DNA of 64,000 nt from an uncultured Nitrososphaerota archaeon (GTDB taxonomy: Archaea; Thermoproteota; Nitrososphaeria; Nitrososphaerales; Gagatemarchaeaceae), in assembly GCA_963703285.1 (NCBI GenBank), contig OY969807.1, forward strand, positions 192,001-256,000. Direction: 5' to 3'. Positions 36,503 to 47,036 of the stretch are shown piece by piece; position 1 is the stretch's first letter, and the number at the start of each line of letters is the position of its first letter. The notes under the pieces were generated by a model. That model did no database searches, had not been told where the DNA came from, and saw only the letters and a program-made list of their open reading frames with translations. The translations under genes were made by a program, and so were the position numbers.

Positions 36503-36593
36503 CACCGGGCCTCGCCTTGTAAAGAACTCGCGCACAATCGCTCAACTTAGGTAAATCCATTCGCATTAGTTCCCCGGGACCGAAATCAACCCG

Positions 36594-38909
36594 ATGCAAA
36601 GGGAGGTCCCCGCCGCCTCTTCGCGTGAGATTTCGAGCCTGGTCCTGAAGCGGAGCGTCTACCTCTCGGCGGGCCACTCTATGCTGAGGGTCGACCCGGA
36701 CGGGACCGTGGCCTCGCTCCACTCCACGAAATATGGCAAGCTCCTGTTCGGAAGGGGTGGCGTCGAGCCGTTCAAGGTCCAGTCAGGGGTCATCATCTCT
36801 CAGAGGGCCAGAGAGCTGGGCTTCTCGCTCTCTCCCTCCGTCCTCCGCTTCTCGTCGCGCGGACAGGAGCAGGTCGGGGCTTCGCACACGCTCAGGCTCT
36901 GCGGTGATCAGTCGACCGGCTACGTCCGTCAATCGAGGTTCACGAACCGCTCCGACGCTCCCCTCAGGCTCAGGATCCTTACGATTCAAGACCCGACGAC
37001 GCTGAACTTCAGACCTGAGAGGGACGCTCCGGCGGAGATAGGTGTGAACGCCTTCAATCGGGGGGACCACGTGGTCATGGACGACGCGGGGGATACCACC
37101 GGGGTCAGGGTCGTCGGCTTCTCGCCGCAGCCCGGCGCGATTTACCTCACGAGGAGCAAGCAGAGGGCGCTCGAGGTTTTGGCCGGGGGAGATCTTCCCG
37201 AGACGACGGCAGGGATGTCCGGCGCCATCCTCCTGCTCAGCCAGCACGACGCGGAGATTCCCGCGGGCGGCGCGTTCGAGCTCGAGGTGACGTCACTCTA
37301 TCACGGGTCATCGCTCGAAGTCGCGCTCTCGGAGCTCCGGTCGAGAGCCCCCAGCGCGCGCACCCCGCACGAACGAGGGCGGCCGACCTTCAGGTGCTCG
37401 AACCCCTCTCTCAACTTCTCCTTCGCATGGGCCGGGGCGGCCATAGACTCGGTCGAGAGGACGACGGACCTGCTGGACAGGATCTCCAGCGGTCCGGGGG
37501 TCTCCATTCTCAGGCCGGAGCTGTTCGAGAGGGAATTCCTCGAGCTCAAGGGATACCAATCGAGGGACGGGATGGTGCGCCACTCAAGCGCAGAGAGGGG
37601 AGGCCCCCTCGAGACCTCGCTCTTCGTCATCAACGCCTTCCTGCACCTCAGCCTCGTTAGTGACAGGAAGCTCGCCAGAAGGTGGTACCCTGCGCTCAGG
37701 AAGGCGGGGAACGCCCTCCGCAAGGCCGCTTCGGACGGTCTGATAGTCACGCCGCCAGGGTCTCCCGACGGGTGGAGGAGGCGCCTCCGTTCCGGCTACC
37801 CCACGGGCTGCGTCAGCGAGGTGAACTTCGCCGCCTCAGGCGCCCTCGCGTGCCTTTCGACCCTCGCCCGCTCGCTCAACAAGGGGAACGATGCCTCCGC
37901 GTTCGGCGGCGCGTCCGAGGCCATCCTGCGGTCGGTGGACGGGCGCCTGCGGGAGGTCGAGACGGGCAAGCTCGCGCTCAACCTGGATCCCCGCGGCAGG
38001 CTGCACGCTGAGACGACCGTCGATCAGGCAGTCGCCCTTTCTTACTCCGCGCCCGACACCAGCCTGGCTTCCTCCATCGTCCGCCGGCTCCTGGAGAAGG
38101 ACTTCGAGACGGGGTACGGGCCGAGGTGCGTCTCGAGGAGCAACAACCTGTACTACAGCCCCGACTACGGTGAGGGCCAGCTGGGGGGCTACTGGACGAG
38201 GGCCTCCCTCGCGCACGCGATACTCGCCTTCTCCTCGGGTCAACCCGCCATCGGCAGCGCCCAGCTCGAGAAGGTCTCGGCGCTCGTAGGCTTGGATTGC
38301 GAGAAGATGGGCGGCGTCCCCGGCGAGTTCCCTTACTGGTTGGACGCCGACCGCATGCAGATGGGCTCGGTCGGCTCGGACACGGTCGCCGCCTCGCGGT
38401 TCGTCCAGGCGCTCCTCGTCGGGGAGTTGGGCATGAGAGCCGCGCCGGGACGTCTGAGCTTCAACTTGCCCGACGACTCGCGGCTCCGCTGGCTCTTGCT
38501 GTCCTCCGCCAGGTTCGGCGGGGGAGGGTCCATCTTCGCAGGCCGAACCAGCTCGGGGACGTTCGTCGCCACGAGCTTCGTGGGCGCCGAGGTCCCGGGA
38601 TTGACCAGGCACGAGGGGAGCGAGTTCCTGGAGACAGCGCCCCCTATCGACTCCGTCGTCTTCTGGGACAACTCGTCCCTGCTGATCTGCGCCGGAAACG
38701 CCTCCAATTCGCGGGCCTCGGGGACGGTCTCGGTGAGGACGAGGGGCAGGCCGCTGGCCTCCTCTCTCTTCGTGGACGTTCAGGAGTACGACCAGGAACG
38801 CATGTCCTGGGGAGGCGCAGAGCGCAGGCGCCTCCCCGAGAGCCTGGAGATGAGGGTCGAACTCCAGCCGAACTCTTGGAAGGCCTACAGGGCCGTCCGG
38901 ATGGCCTAG
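36594..38909 (+). CDS. Glycogen-debranching/six-hairpin glycosidase-like protein
   Basis: N-terminal beta domain plus helical barrel; LLEKDFETGYGPR...YYSPDYGEGQLGGYW resembles amylo-alpha-1,6-glucosidase C-termini. Confidence 0.6.
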   Translation: MQREVPAASSREISSLVLKRSVYLSAGHSMLRVDPDGTVASLHSTKYGKLLFGRGGVEPFKVQSGVIISQRARELGFSLSPSVLRFSSRGQEQVGASHTLRLCGDQSTGYVRQSRFTNRSDAPLRLRILTIQDPTTLNFRPERDAPAEIGVNAFNRGDHVVMDDAGDTTGVRVVGFSPQPGAIYLTRSKQRALEVLAGGDLPETTAGMSGAILLLSQHDAEIPAGGAFELEVTSLYHGSSLEVALSELRSRAPSARTPHERGRPTFRCSNPSLNFSFAWAGAAIDSVERTTDLLDRISSGPGVSILRPELFEREFLELKGYQSRDGMVRHSSAERGGPLETSLFVINAFLHLSLVSDRKLARRWYPALRKAGNALRKAASDGLIVTPPGSPDGWRRRLRSGYPTGCVSEVNFAASGALACLSTLARSLNKGNDASAFGGASEAILRSVDGRLREVETGKLALNLDPRGRLHAETTVDQAVALSYSAPDTSLASSIVRRLLEKDFETGYGPRCVSRSNNLYYSPDYGEGQLGGYWTRASLAHAILAFSSGQPAIGSAQLEKVSALVGLDCEKMGGVPGEFPYWLDADRMQMGSVGSDTVAASRFVQALLVGELGMRAAPGRLSFNLPDDSRLRWLLLSSARFGGGGSIFAGRTSSGTFVATSFVGAEVPGLTRHEGSEFLETAPPIDSVVFWDNSSLLICAGNASNSRASGTVSVRTRGRPLASSLFVDVQEYDQERMSWGGAERRRLPESLEMRVELQPNSWKAYRAVRMA

Positions 38910-39012
38910 ATTCCACACCGGGCGGAGTGCCCCGGGATGGCGGTCGCTGCCGCCTCCGGTCAGATAACGTCATTAACCAGACCCTTCGCCTCGGGGTGCA
39001 GGTCAATCCCTT

Positions 39013-39996
39013 TTGGGCAGGGCAAAGGTCTCGCTCCGCAACGGCATCACCATCGACTACGGGGTCGTTTCGTATGCGCTAGATCCGAAGGGTCCGTCCA
39101 AGACCGACTACACCTTCGTCTCCCATGCGCACATGGACCACGTCCAGACCCCCGACCCCAAGACCAAGGTCGTGGCGTCGAAGGAGACGCGCCTGCTCGC
39201 CAAGGCCAGGGGTTTCGATCTCGGCAGGACGACGGAGAGCGTCGAGGGAGTGAGGCTCCTGGACTCGGGGCACATACTCGGCGCAAGGGCGATCTGCATA
39301 GGGGACGAACTCCTCTACACAGGGGACGCCGCCGGGCGGGACCGCGCGTTCATGGGGAGGTGCAAGACCCGCAAGGCGAGGATGCTCATAACGGAGTCCA
39401 CGTTCGGGAAGCCCAGCTACGTCTTCCCACCAATCGCACGCATAGTCAAGGAGGTGAACTCGACCATAGGGACGTTGTTCGACAAGGGTCGGCCCGTTGT
39501 CCTCATGGGGTACGCCCTAGGCAAGTCGCAGGTCCTGTCCCACCTGTTCTCTTCTTGGAGCCCCTTCTACGTGCACGCGAGGGTGGCCGAGATCAACGAG
39601 GTCTACAGGTCCTGCGGTGTCGACCTCAGGAAGGGGAAGGTCGTGGGGTCCGACCTCGCCGGCATCTCGCCGGGGCCGTGGGTTATGGTCGCCCCGATGA
39701 TGAGCTCGAGGAGTTCGTTCGCGCTCCGTCTGAAGAAGGACTACGGCGCCGCCTTCGCCGCCTTCAGCGGTTGGGCGGCCGACCCCGGATACGCGCGCTC
39801 GATCGGGGCGGACTTCGCCTTCCCCGTCAGCGACCACTGCGACTACCAGGAGCTCCTGGAGCTCGTGAAGGAGGTCTCCCCCGAGATCGTCTACACGACA
39901 CACGGCTTCACCACGGAGTTCGCGCTCGACCTAAGGAGGCTGGGGTTCGACGCGAGGCCGATGAACGGGTACCAGTCCTTCCTCTCCGACTACTAG
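39013..39996 (+). CDS. Metallo-beta-lactamase/beta-CASP-like nuclease
   Basis: SHAHMDH, SGHILG, YTGD, TESTFG, SDHCD, THG. Confidence 0.9.
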   Translation: MGRAKVSLRNGITIDYGVVSYALDPKGPSKTDYTFVSHAHMDHVQTPDPKTKVVASKETRLLAKARGFDLGRTTESVEGVRLLDSGHILGARAICIGDELLYTGDAAGRDRAFMGRCKTRKARMLITESTFGKPSYVFPPIARIVKEVNSTIGTLFDKGRPVVLMGYALGKSQVLSHLFSSWSPFYVHARVAEINEVYRSCGVDLRKGKVVGSDLAGISPGPWVMVAPMMSSRSSFALRLKKDYGAAFAAFSGWAADPGYARSIGADFAFPVSDHCDYQELLELVKEVSPEIVYTTHGFTTEFALDLRRLGFDARPMNGYQSFLSDY

Positions 39997-40010
39997 GGCG
40001 GTCGTCTGGA

Positions 40011-40412
40011 TTACTTTGCAGGCTCGACGGCCACCGGGGCCGCCTCGGGCTTGAACTCCTTCAGGAAGGCCACAAGCGAGACGAAGTTAGGGTTGTTGCT
40101 CGCGTTTCTCAGCGGGACCTTGATGTCCTGGTTCGCCAGGTTGATCGGGAAGTGGGACTGGAACCCCACCCGGGTGAAGGTGACCGAGAAGAGGTGAAGC
40201 TTCCCGTTCAGTGCGTCCCTGACGACGTCGTCGGAGTCCGGAAACCTCCAGACGGAGAAGGCTATCCCGTCTATCCAGTTCACCGTGGGGATGACTGAGA
40301 TCTGCTGCCCCAGGTTCTGGCGCATGACCTCCTCGAAGAACGTCTTGTTGTCGTACTCCAGGACCTGGTGCACGACTATCTGCTCCGCAGGTTCGTAAAT
40401 TATCCGCGGCAC
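40011..40412 (-). CDS. Conserved-looking archaeal hypothetical protein
   Basis: Probable GTG start at 40412 with TTTATTA upstream; host-like codon usage. Confidence 0.7.
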   Translation of the reverse strand: MPRIIYEPAEQIVVHQVLEYDNKTFFEEVMRQNLGQQISVIPTVNWIDGIAFSVWRFPDSDDVVRDALNGKLHLFSVTFTRVGFQSHFPINLANQDIKVPLRNASNNPNFVSLVAFLKEFKPEAAPVAVEPAK

Positions 40413-40579
40413 GTTCTGTCGGCCGAAGGGGCGTCTCCCCCCTAATAAATACGGCTCGGTAAACGGGGTTTCAGGCCCGAGCCATCTCCTCTCCGAGGCC
40501 GGGACGCCCGACGATCTCCCCCGGCAGCATTCCTGCAAATCTTTTAACGCCGTGCGGCTCCAAGCGAGCCGGCAAATGA

Positions 40580-43500
40580 GTGATCATAAAATCAGGAGAT
40601 GACAGCCCAGCCCCCGAAGCCGGTTCGCTCCCATCGAACTACGACTGGAGGACGGCCGAGTCGCGGGTGCGCCGGTTCAGGACCGAAGTAGACCTATCCG
40701 GGATCGTCCACGACCACCTCAAGGCGCATAGACCGGTCGGCTACGTCGAGGGCCCGCCCACCCTCAACGGCGTGCCCCACATAGGCCACATCCGGGGGAG
40801 GATAATGAAGGACCTCTGGTACCGGTTCAGCACCCTCTCCGGGATGAACGTGGTCTTCAGGGCCGGCTGGGACTCCCAGGGCCTTCCCGTCGAGCTGCAG
40901 GCCGAGAAGGAGCTGGGCCTATCGGGGAACAAGTGGGAGGACCTGAAGCAGATCGGGGAGGAGAAGATGGTCGAGGCCTGCAAGAGGCTGATAACCAAGT
41001 ACCTCGCCGCGTGGGAGGAGGCGGACGACCTCCTCGGGCTGCTCCTGGATCACAGCAGGGCCTACATGACCTACCGGAACTCCTACATCGAGAGGGAGTG
41101 GAAGTTCCTCGAGAGCGCCTGGAACGACGGAATCCTCGGAGAAGGCTTCAAGGTCGTGCCCTACTGCCCAAGCTGCCAGACCTCCCTGAGCCACGCCGAG
41201 GCCGTCCTCGGATACGAGACTCTCGAGGACCCCAGCCTCTACTACAAGGTCAGGGCCTCCGACGGCTCATACCTCCTAATCTGGACGACCATGCCCTTCA
41301 CCGTGGTCACCGACGAGATGGTTGGCGTGAAGCCGGACGCCGATTACGCCTACGTGAAGATGGGAGGAGAGGTCTGGGTCGTCGGGGCGGAGCGCATGGC
41401 CGCTCTCGCGAAGGAGCTCAAGCTCGAGTTCGGGGAGACGACCAAGGTGGTCAAGGGGAGGGACCTCGAGGGCCTCCGGTACTCCCACCCCCTGCTCTCG
41501 ATGATCCCTGGGCTCGAGAGGCTGAGCAAGGAGGGGAAGGTCCATGTCGTGGTGGCCGAGGACTTCGTCGACACAGCGACAGGGACGGGGCTGGTCCACC
41601 TCGCCCCCGCGAACGGAGAAGAGGACTTCTTCGTCGCCACAAGGAGGAAGGTCCCCGTCTTCGTGCCCATCGACGACAGGGTCCGCTTCACCGAGGACGC
41701 TGGGAGGTTCTCAGGGATGTTCGTCAGGGACTCGGACCCGCTCGTCGCCAGGCTCCTCCGCGAGTCGGGCAATCTGGTCGAGGAGGGAACGCTCGAGCAC
41801 GAGTACCCCACGTGCTGGCGGTCGGGCCACAGGCTCGTCTGGGTCGCGAGGAGGGAGTACTTCTACTGGATAGACAGGATAAAGGACGACCTGGTCAAGG
41901 CGGCCGAGAAGGTGGAGTACTACTTCGAACAGCCCCGCAACCGCTTCATCGAGTTCATCAGACAGTCGCCTCCGTGGTGCATATCGAGGGAGAGGGTCTG
42001 GGGGACGCCCCTCCCCATCTGGGTCTGCACGTCCTGCAGGGAGAAGGTCCCCGCCTTCTCGCGGGAGTCCATCGTCCGACAGGCGGTCGCGCTCCCCGAC
42101 GGCAAGGACTTCGAGCTCCACCGCCCCTGGATAGACCGAATCGCGCTGAGGTGCCCGAAGTGCGGAGGCGAGGCGAGGCGCGAGCCCTTCGTGCTCGACA
42201 CTTGGCACAACAGCGGCTCGGCTCCCCTCGCATCGTTCACCGACGATGAGCGGCGAGAGCTGGTGCCCGTCGAGCACCTCACCGAAGGGATCGACCAGAC
42301 GCGAGGCTGGGCGTACACCCTGCTCGTTCTCAACGTCATCTACACCAAGCAGCCCGTCTCGCCCTACCGCGCCTTCCTATTCCAGGGCCACGTCCTAGAC
42401 GAGAAGGGGAGGAAGATGTCGAAGAGCCTCGGCAACGTCGTCGACGCTCTCTCAATGCTCAGGAACGACTCGGTCGACCTCCTCAGGTTCTACATGACCT
42501 GGAAGAGCTCCCCCGTGGACGCTGTCTCGCTCGACCTCAAGGAGATGACCGGCCGCCCCTACCAGATCCTCAACACGCTCTACCACCTCCACGTCTACCT
42601 GAAGCAGAACGGGGAGCAGGACGGGTTCGACCCTTCCGTCCACGACGTCGCGTGGGCGCAGGGAAAGAGAGCCCTGACAGAGATGGACAGGTGGCTGCTC
42701 GTCAGCGTCGAGGAGGCCAGCGCTGACGTGAGAACCGCCTACAAGGAGGGCCGCTACAACGATGCCTGCAGGAGGCTCGAGGCGCTCATCGTCGAGGTCC
42801 TGAGCCAGGGCTACGTCAGGATGGTCCGCAACGAGCTCTGGTCCGACTCGCCCGAGACGCTGGACCGCCGACTTGCAATCTACGCGGTGATAGCCTTCGC
42901 GCTCAAGAGCGTCGACCTCCTTCTCCACCCGGTCTCCCCCTACGTCACGGAGTACCTCTACCAGGAGGTCTTCCAAGGGTCCGAGTGGAAGATGCCGCTG
43001 CTCGTCCAGGAATTCCCCCACGCCCGGCTCCCTGAGACGGCCAAGGAGGACAGGGACGTCGTCAACCTCGCCCTTGAGATCGAGGGTGCGTGCAACTCTG
43101 CGAGGCAGAAGGCGAAGCTGAAGAGGAGGTGGCCCCTAAGGGAGATCCAGGTCCTCGTCTCCGGGTCGAGACAGCCCCAGATGGAGAGGGCGAAGGCCCT
43201 CGTCTCGCTGCTCTGCAACGTCAAGAAGGTCACGGTCGCGAGGTCGGTGGGCGCGCTGCCCATCTCCGTCACGCTCGCTCCAAACCGCTCCCAGATAGGC
43301 GCCCACTTCAAGGAGAGGACGCAGGCCATCCTGAAGAGCTTCAGGGGGCTGGAGGGCGACGAGGCATGGCGCGTCTTCCAGTCTGGGAAGCCCGTCTCCG
43401 TCGAGACGGAGTCCGGCGTCGTCGACGTCCCCATCTCCACACTGATGTTCAGCTTCCAGGGGACGGGGGACTGGGAGGCCGTCGCCAGGGACGGCATACT

Positions 43501-43798
43501 GATCGCCCTCGAAAAGGTCCGCGACGACGAGCTGATAGCAGAAGGCCTTCTGAGGGACGTGGCCAGGAGGCTCCAGGCCCTGAGGAAGGCGAGGGGCTAC
43601 TCACCGACGGCGGTGCTGGACAGGGCCATGGTGGCGGGGCTCGACGGCGAGATGATCGGCCTTCTCGAAAAGAGGGCCAGCGAGCTGAGCTTCCTCGTCC
43701 GAGTCAGGGAGGTCCGCATCCTGGCCGAGAGGTCGGTCGAGGGCGAGTGGGAGGAGGACGAGCTCGACGGAAGGCCGATCTACATCGACGTCTCGTGA
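40580..43798 (+). CDS. ileS: Isoleucine--tRNA ligase
   Basis: EGPP, HIGH, WTTMP, GTGLVH, WCISRER.WG, EGIDQTRGW, KMSKS. Confidence 0.97.
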   Translation: MIIKSGDDSPAPEAGSLPSNYDWRTAESRVRRFRTEVDLSGIVHDHLKAHRPVGYVEGPPTLNGVPHIGHIRGRIMKDLWYRFSTLSGMNVVFRAGWDSQGLPVELQAEKELGLSGNKWEDLKQIGEEKMVEACKRLITKYLAAWEEADDLLGLLLDHSRAYMTYRNSYIEREWKFLESAWNDGILGEGFKVVPYCPSCQTSLSHAEAVLGYETLEDPSLYYKVRASDGSYLLIWTTMPFTVVTDEMVGVKPDADYAYVKMGGEVWVVGAERMAALAKELKLEFGETTKVVKGRDLEGLRYSHPLLSMIPGLERLSKEGKVHVVVAEDFVDTATGTGLVHLAPANGEEDFFVATRRKVPVFVPIDDRVRFTEDAGRFSGMFVRDSDPLVARLLRESGNLVEEGTLEHEYPTCWRSGHRLVWVARREYFYWIDRIKDDLVKAAEKVEYYFEQPRNRFIEFIRQSPPWCISRERVWGTPLPIWVCTSCREKVPAFSRESIVRQAVALPDGKDFELHRPWIDRIALRCPKCGGEARREPFVLDTWHNSGSAPLASFTDDERRELVPVEHLTEGIDQTRGWAYTLLVLNVIYTKQPVSPYRAFLFQGHVLDEKGRKMSKSLGNVVDALSMLRNDSVDLLRFYMTWKSSPVDAVSLDLKEMTGRPYQILNTLYHLHVYLKQNGEQDGFDPSVHDVAWAQGKRALTEMDRWLLVSVEEASADVRTAYKEGRYNDACRRLEALIVEVLSQGYVRMVRNELWSDSPETLDRRLAIYAVIAFALKSVDLLLHPVSPYVTEYLYQEVFQGSEWKMPLLVQEFPHARLPETAKEDRDVVNLALEIEGACNSARQKAKLKRRWPLREIQVLVSGSRQPQMERAKALVSLLCNVKKVTVARSVGALPISVTLAPNRSQIGAHFKERTQAILKSFRGLEGDEAWRVFQSGKPVSVETESGVVDVPISTLMFSFQGTGDWEAVARDGILIALEKVRDDELIAEGLLRDVARRLQALRKARGYSPTAVLDRAMVAGLDGEMIGLLEKRASELSFLVRVREVRILAERSVEGEWEEDELDGRPIYIDVS

Positions 43799-43800
43799 TC

Positions 43801-44499
43801 CTAGTCTCCGGTGAAGAGACGCCTCGCCAGCACCTCGGGGAGACCCGCCTCGACAATCTTCCGCGCGGCTGCGCTGACGTCGTACTCGACGCTCCTGTGC
43901 GCTACCGAGACCTCGCCCCCGTCCACCTCGAGCGTCGCATAGGAGGCCCTCGGGTCGCCGGCCCGCGGCTGGCCCACGGACCCGGGGTTGAAGACGACCC
44001 CCTCCTTCCCCTTCCAGACGAAGGGGACGTGGGTATGCCCCAGCGCAATCACGTCCGCGCCCAGCTTCTCCAGATAGAAGCCCAGGAGGTCCGAGTGCGT
44101 GCTCGGAAAGACGTACTCCCACAGGTTGTCGTCGGGACTTCCGTGGGTCATGTACACCTTCTTCCCTCCCACCTCTACGGTCCGGCTCCGCGGCAGTCCG
44201 GAGAGAAACCTGCGGTTCTTCTCGTCCAGGACCCTGTTCGTCCAAGTCACGGCCTGCATGGCGCGGGCGTTGAAGTCGCTGACCTCGCCGCTCAGGACTG
44301 CGAAGTCGTGGTTTCCGATGATGCACGCGACGCCCCTCTCTCTGAGGAGACCGACCACCTCGTTGGGAGAGCCGCCGTAGCCGACGATGTCTCCGAGGCA
44401 GTAGACCTCGGTCGGACAGATGTCCTCCAGGACGGCCCTGAGCGCCTCCAAGTTCGAATGCACGTCGGAGATGAACGCCACCTTCGCGCCGGGAGCCAT
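43801..44499 (-). CDS. Metallophosphoesterase (calcineurin-like)
   Basis: SDVH, GDIVGY, GNHD, HGSP, GHTH, NPGSVGQPR. Confidence 0.93.
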   Translation of the reverse strand: MAPGAKVAFISDVHSNLEALRAVLEDICPTEVYCLGDIVGYGGSPNEVVGLLRERGVACIIGNHDFAVLSGEVSDFNARAMQAVTWTNRVLDEKNRRFLSGLPRSRTVEVGGKKVYMTHGSPDDNLWEYVFPSTHSDLLGFYLEKLGADVIALGHTHVPFVWKGKEGVVFNPGSVGQPRAGDPRASYATLEVDGGEVSVAHRSVEYDVSAAARKIVEAGLPEVLARRLFTGD

Positions 44500-44564
44500 T
44501 CCGCCGCACCGACAGTCTGCACTGCTTATATACCGAACAGAGGTCGCGCGCGCGGAAGCTGGAG

Positions 44565-44765
44565 ATGGGAAGAAAGACGACCCTCATGGGGTTCGCGCTC
44601 TTCGGGTTCGTTCTCGGTTTCCTGGCCTGGCTGCTCCGCGGCCCGGTCGCCAACCTCATTACAAGCATCGGCGTCAACCAGGACGTCGCCGGCGCCATCC
44701 TTGCCGGGATAGCGGGCGGGTTCCTCCTGGTTGCCTCGGTTCTGGTCTGGTCAGCCGTCGACTAG
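44565..44765 (+). CDS. Small two-TM membrane protein
   Basis: 66 aa; TTATATA box about 40 nt upstream. Confidence 0.65.
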   Translation: MGRKTTLMGFALFGFVLGFLAWLLRGPVANLITSIGVNQDVAGAILAGIAGGFLLVASVLVWSAVD

Positions 44766-45967
44766 TTCGTCGCCGCGAACTTCCTCTGGATTATCCTGTT
44801 CCTGGCCTCCGGGAAGGGCGCGTCCTGAAGCAGCTCGTTCCTGACGCCCCAGTCCTTCAGCAGGCCGGAGAGGGCGAAGTACCAGGCGGACCTCGGGGTT
44901 CCCTCCTCGTAGGCGGGGAGCTCGAGCCTGAATATTCGCGTGAGCGGATCGTACTCGGCGGAAGCCTCCTCGCCCAGGTCCTCCTGCATGAGCGCGAGGA
45001 CGAGCTTCACCGCGTTCTCGAAGGACCCGCCGTGGAGCTTGGTGGCCCCCCTCTCCTCGAGGGCTCTGAGGAACTCGCGGCCTATCCCCTCTATCTGCGC
45101 CTCCTCCCTGACCACCCTCGTCACGGCCTCGATGAATATCCTGTTGATGGTCTGGCTCTCGATGAGGAAGGGGAGGTTCTCCGCGTCCGCGATTGACGCA
45201 AGTGTCTTGTTCGCGGTCGAGGACCTCCAGTACTCATCGAAGAGGTCCTCACCGAGCGCCCCCCTCAGCTCGCCGAGCATGAACTGGAAACCTCTCCCGG
45301 TCTGGCTGTTGACCAGGAGGACCTCACCGTTGTCGATGACGAAAGCGCTCCTCCCCGCCATGTGCCTCCCGTAGCGGATCTTGAGCTTGGAGGAGGAAAA
45401 CGGGAATGCGGGGAGCACCGCGGGCACCGAAGCGACCACCCTGACCTCGACGTCCTGCCGGCACACCGTCTCGAGCTCCTCGGCGCACTCCTGGATGAGG
45501 TGGAGGCCCCAGCTGTCGACGGTGCACCTTATCGAACCCTGGGCCCTCATGATCCCCTCCTTCAGCTTCATCAGGATGCTCTGGGACCCGAGCGAGAGGT
45601 ACCTCTCCTCTACCGCGTCCTGTGGCATGATGTTCCTCTCCCGGAGCTTCTTGAGGGAGAACATCGCCCTCTTGAGCGACCGCACCGACCTCTCCCTGTC
45701 CATGAGGACCGACTGGAAGACATCGGGCGGGAGCGCCTCGAACCTGACGGGCTTCCCTTCAAGCTCCTTGGCGACCTGCTTCCTGACGAGCTGCTGAGCG
45801 ACCTGATACACCTTGGTCCGCGGGACCATCGAGGAGTACTGGAGCTGGTTGACCGTGCTGGGGCCTGCTGCGAGCAGGGCGACGTAGACTTTGGACTCGT
45901 ATTCGGTCAGCCCAAACCCCTGAAGCCCCGCCGAGATGTCTCCGACCTCGTTGGCCGATGCCGTCAG
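44762..45967 (-). CDS. TrmB-family transcriptional regulator (probable CTG start)
   Basis: The frame stays open upstream of ATG 45829 and encodes FGLTEYESKVYVALL...VPRTKVY (TrmB HTH). GGAGGAGG lies 6 nt before in-frame CTG 45967. Confidence 0.85.
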   Translation of the reverse strand: MTASANEVGDISAGLQGFGLTEYESKVYVALLAAGPSTVNQLQYSSMVPRTKVYQVAQQLVRKQVAKELEGKPVRFEALPPDVFQSVLMDRERSVRSLKRAMFSLKKLRERNIMPQDAVEERYLSLGSQSILMKLKEGIMRAQGSIRCTVDSWGLHLIQECAEELETVCRQDVEVRVVASVPAVLPAFPFSSSKLKIRYGRHMAGRSAFVIDNGEVLLVNSQTGRGFQFMLGELRGALGEDLFDEYWRSSTANKTLASIADAENLPFLIESQTINRIFIEAVTRVVREEAQIEGIGREFLRALEERGATKLHGGSFENAVKLVLALMQEDLGEEASAEYDPLTRIFRLELPAYEEGTPRSAWYFALSGLLKDWGVRNELLQDAPFPEARNRIIQRKFAATN

Positions 45968-46082
45968 CTCCGGTCCTCCTCCCCTTTCACTGTGATCGAG
46001 CTCCTTTTGAGCGCGATTTTTCGATAAGCTGCCAGGTCATCGGGAATAGACAACCGGGTCAAGGCTCTGTCACCGCGCGCCG

Positions 46083-46098
46083 CGTCACCGCGGTGACG
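46083..46098. promoter_or_regulatory. Perfect 16-bp palindrome CGTCACCGCGGTGACG in the divergent trmB/ESCRT-III promoter
   Basis: Seen directly. Extra GTCAC half-sites near 46069 and 46108; TTTATC box at 46121. Confidence 0.5.
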
Positions 46099-46151
46099 GG
46101 GGTCCCGGTCACAACGGCGATTTATCTCGAACAAGCCGACCCGATGGCAAC

Positions 46152-46796
46152 ATGAGCACTTTCAGCAGCAAATGGGAGAAGTCAAACACAACAGGATTCG
46201 CGGAAAGGATGCGCGATTCTGTCAAGAACCCGGGTCCGCTTAAGCCAAGGCTGGACCTAGCAATCCGGCAGATCCAAGTCCAGGTCGCAAAGCTCGACGC
46301 GACCACAGCGAAGCTAAGGGAGAGGGACGCCTCGATCTTCAACAAGGTCGTTTCATCCATCCAGAAGCATGACTCACAGCATGCGTCGGTCTACGCGAAT
46401 GAGCTCGCGGAGGTCAGGAAGATGAACAGGATGGTCACCCAGGCCAAGCTCGCACTAGAACAGATCACGCTCCGCCTCAACACCATCACAGAACTCGGCG
46501 ACATCGTCGTCACCCTCACCCCTGCAATGTCAGTGATACGCAGCGTAAGGCAGGGACTCGTCAGCGTGCTCCCGGAGGCAGAAGGAGAGATCGGTGAGAT
46601 ATCCGGCCTGCTCAGCAGCATCCTCGTGGATGCCGGCACGGTGGGCGGATACAACCTGAACTTCGAGGCTGCCAACGAGGACGCTGAGAAGGTCCTTGCA
46701 GAGGCTGCAGCAGTGGCAGAGCAGAGGATGAAGGAGAAGTTCCCAGAGATTCCCTCTGGGCTCCCCTCTGTGGAAGGTTCCGCAGAAACATCCTAA
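46152..46796 (+). CDS. ESCRT-III/Snf7 (CdvB1/2-like) protein
   Basis: ASVYANELAEVRK...LALEQITLRL.T..ELGD helical core. Confidence 0.92.
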   Translation: MSTFSSKWEKSNTTGFAERMRDSVKNPGPLKPRLDLAIRQIQVQVAKLDATTAKLRERDASIFNKVVSSIQKHDSQHASVYANELAEVRKMNRMVTQAKLALEQITLRLNTITELGDIVVTLTPAMSVIRSVRQGLVSVLPEAEGEIGEISGLLSSILVDAGTVGGYNLNFEAANEDAEKVLAEAAAVAEQRMKEKFPEIPSGLPSVEGSAETS

Positions 46797-47036
46797 GGAA
46801 AGCGAGAGTGGGGCAGATGCCCGCGGGGCCGAGGGAAATGCCGCGCGGGCGGGACACCCACTCTACTCCTCTTTTTCTGAGATGCTTCGCTATGTCTTGA
46901 CGGTTTTGGTCCTATGTCTTACTCGCCAGGTTTCAGCATTTGTAACGGTTTCAGTTTTTTGTTTCCAATTGTTGACCAAGATGGTGATTACCGATTTCGT
47001 ATCCGGCACTCTCAAGAGTGGTTAGTGGGGATTGTC

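Noticed and set aside
43090-44712. Long alternative-frame ORFs (e.g. 540 aa here, 438 aa at 40933, 366 aa at 16976)
   Set aside because: Arg/Gly/Pro-rich shadow frames of real genes in GC-rich DNA.
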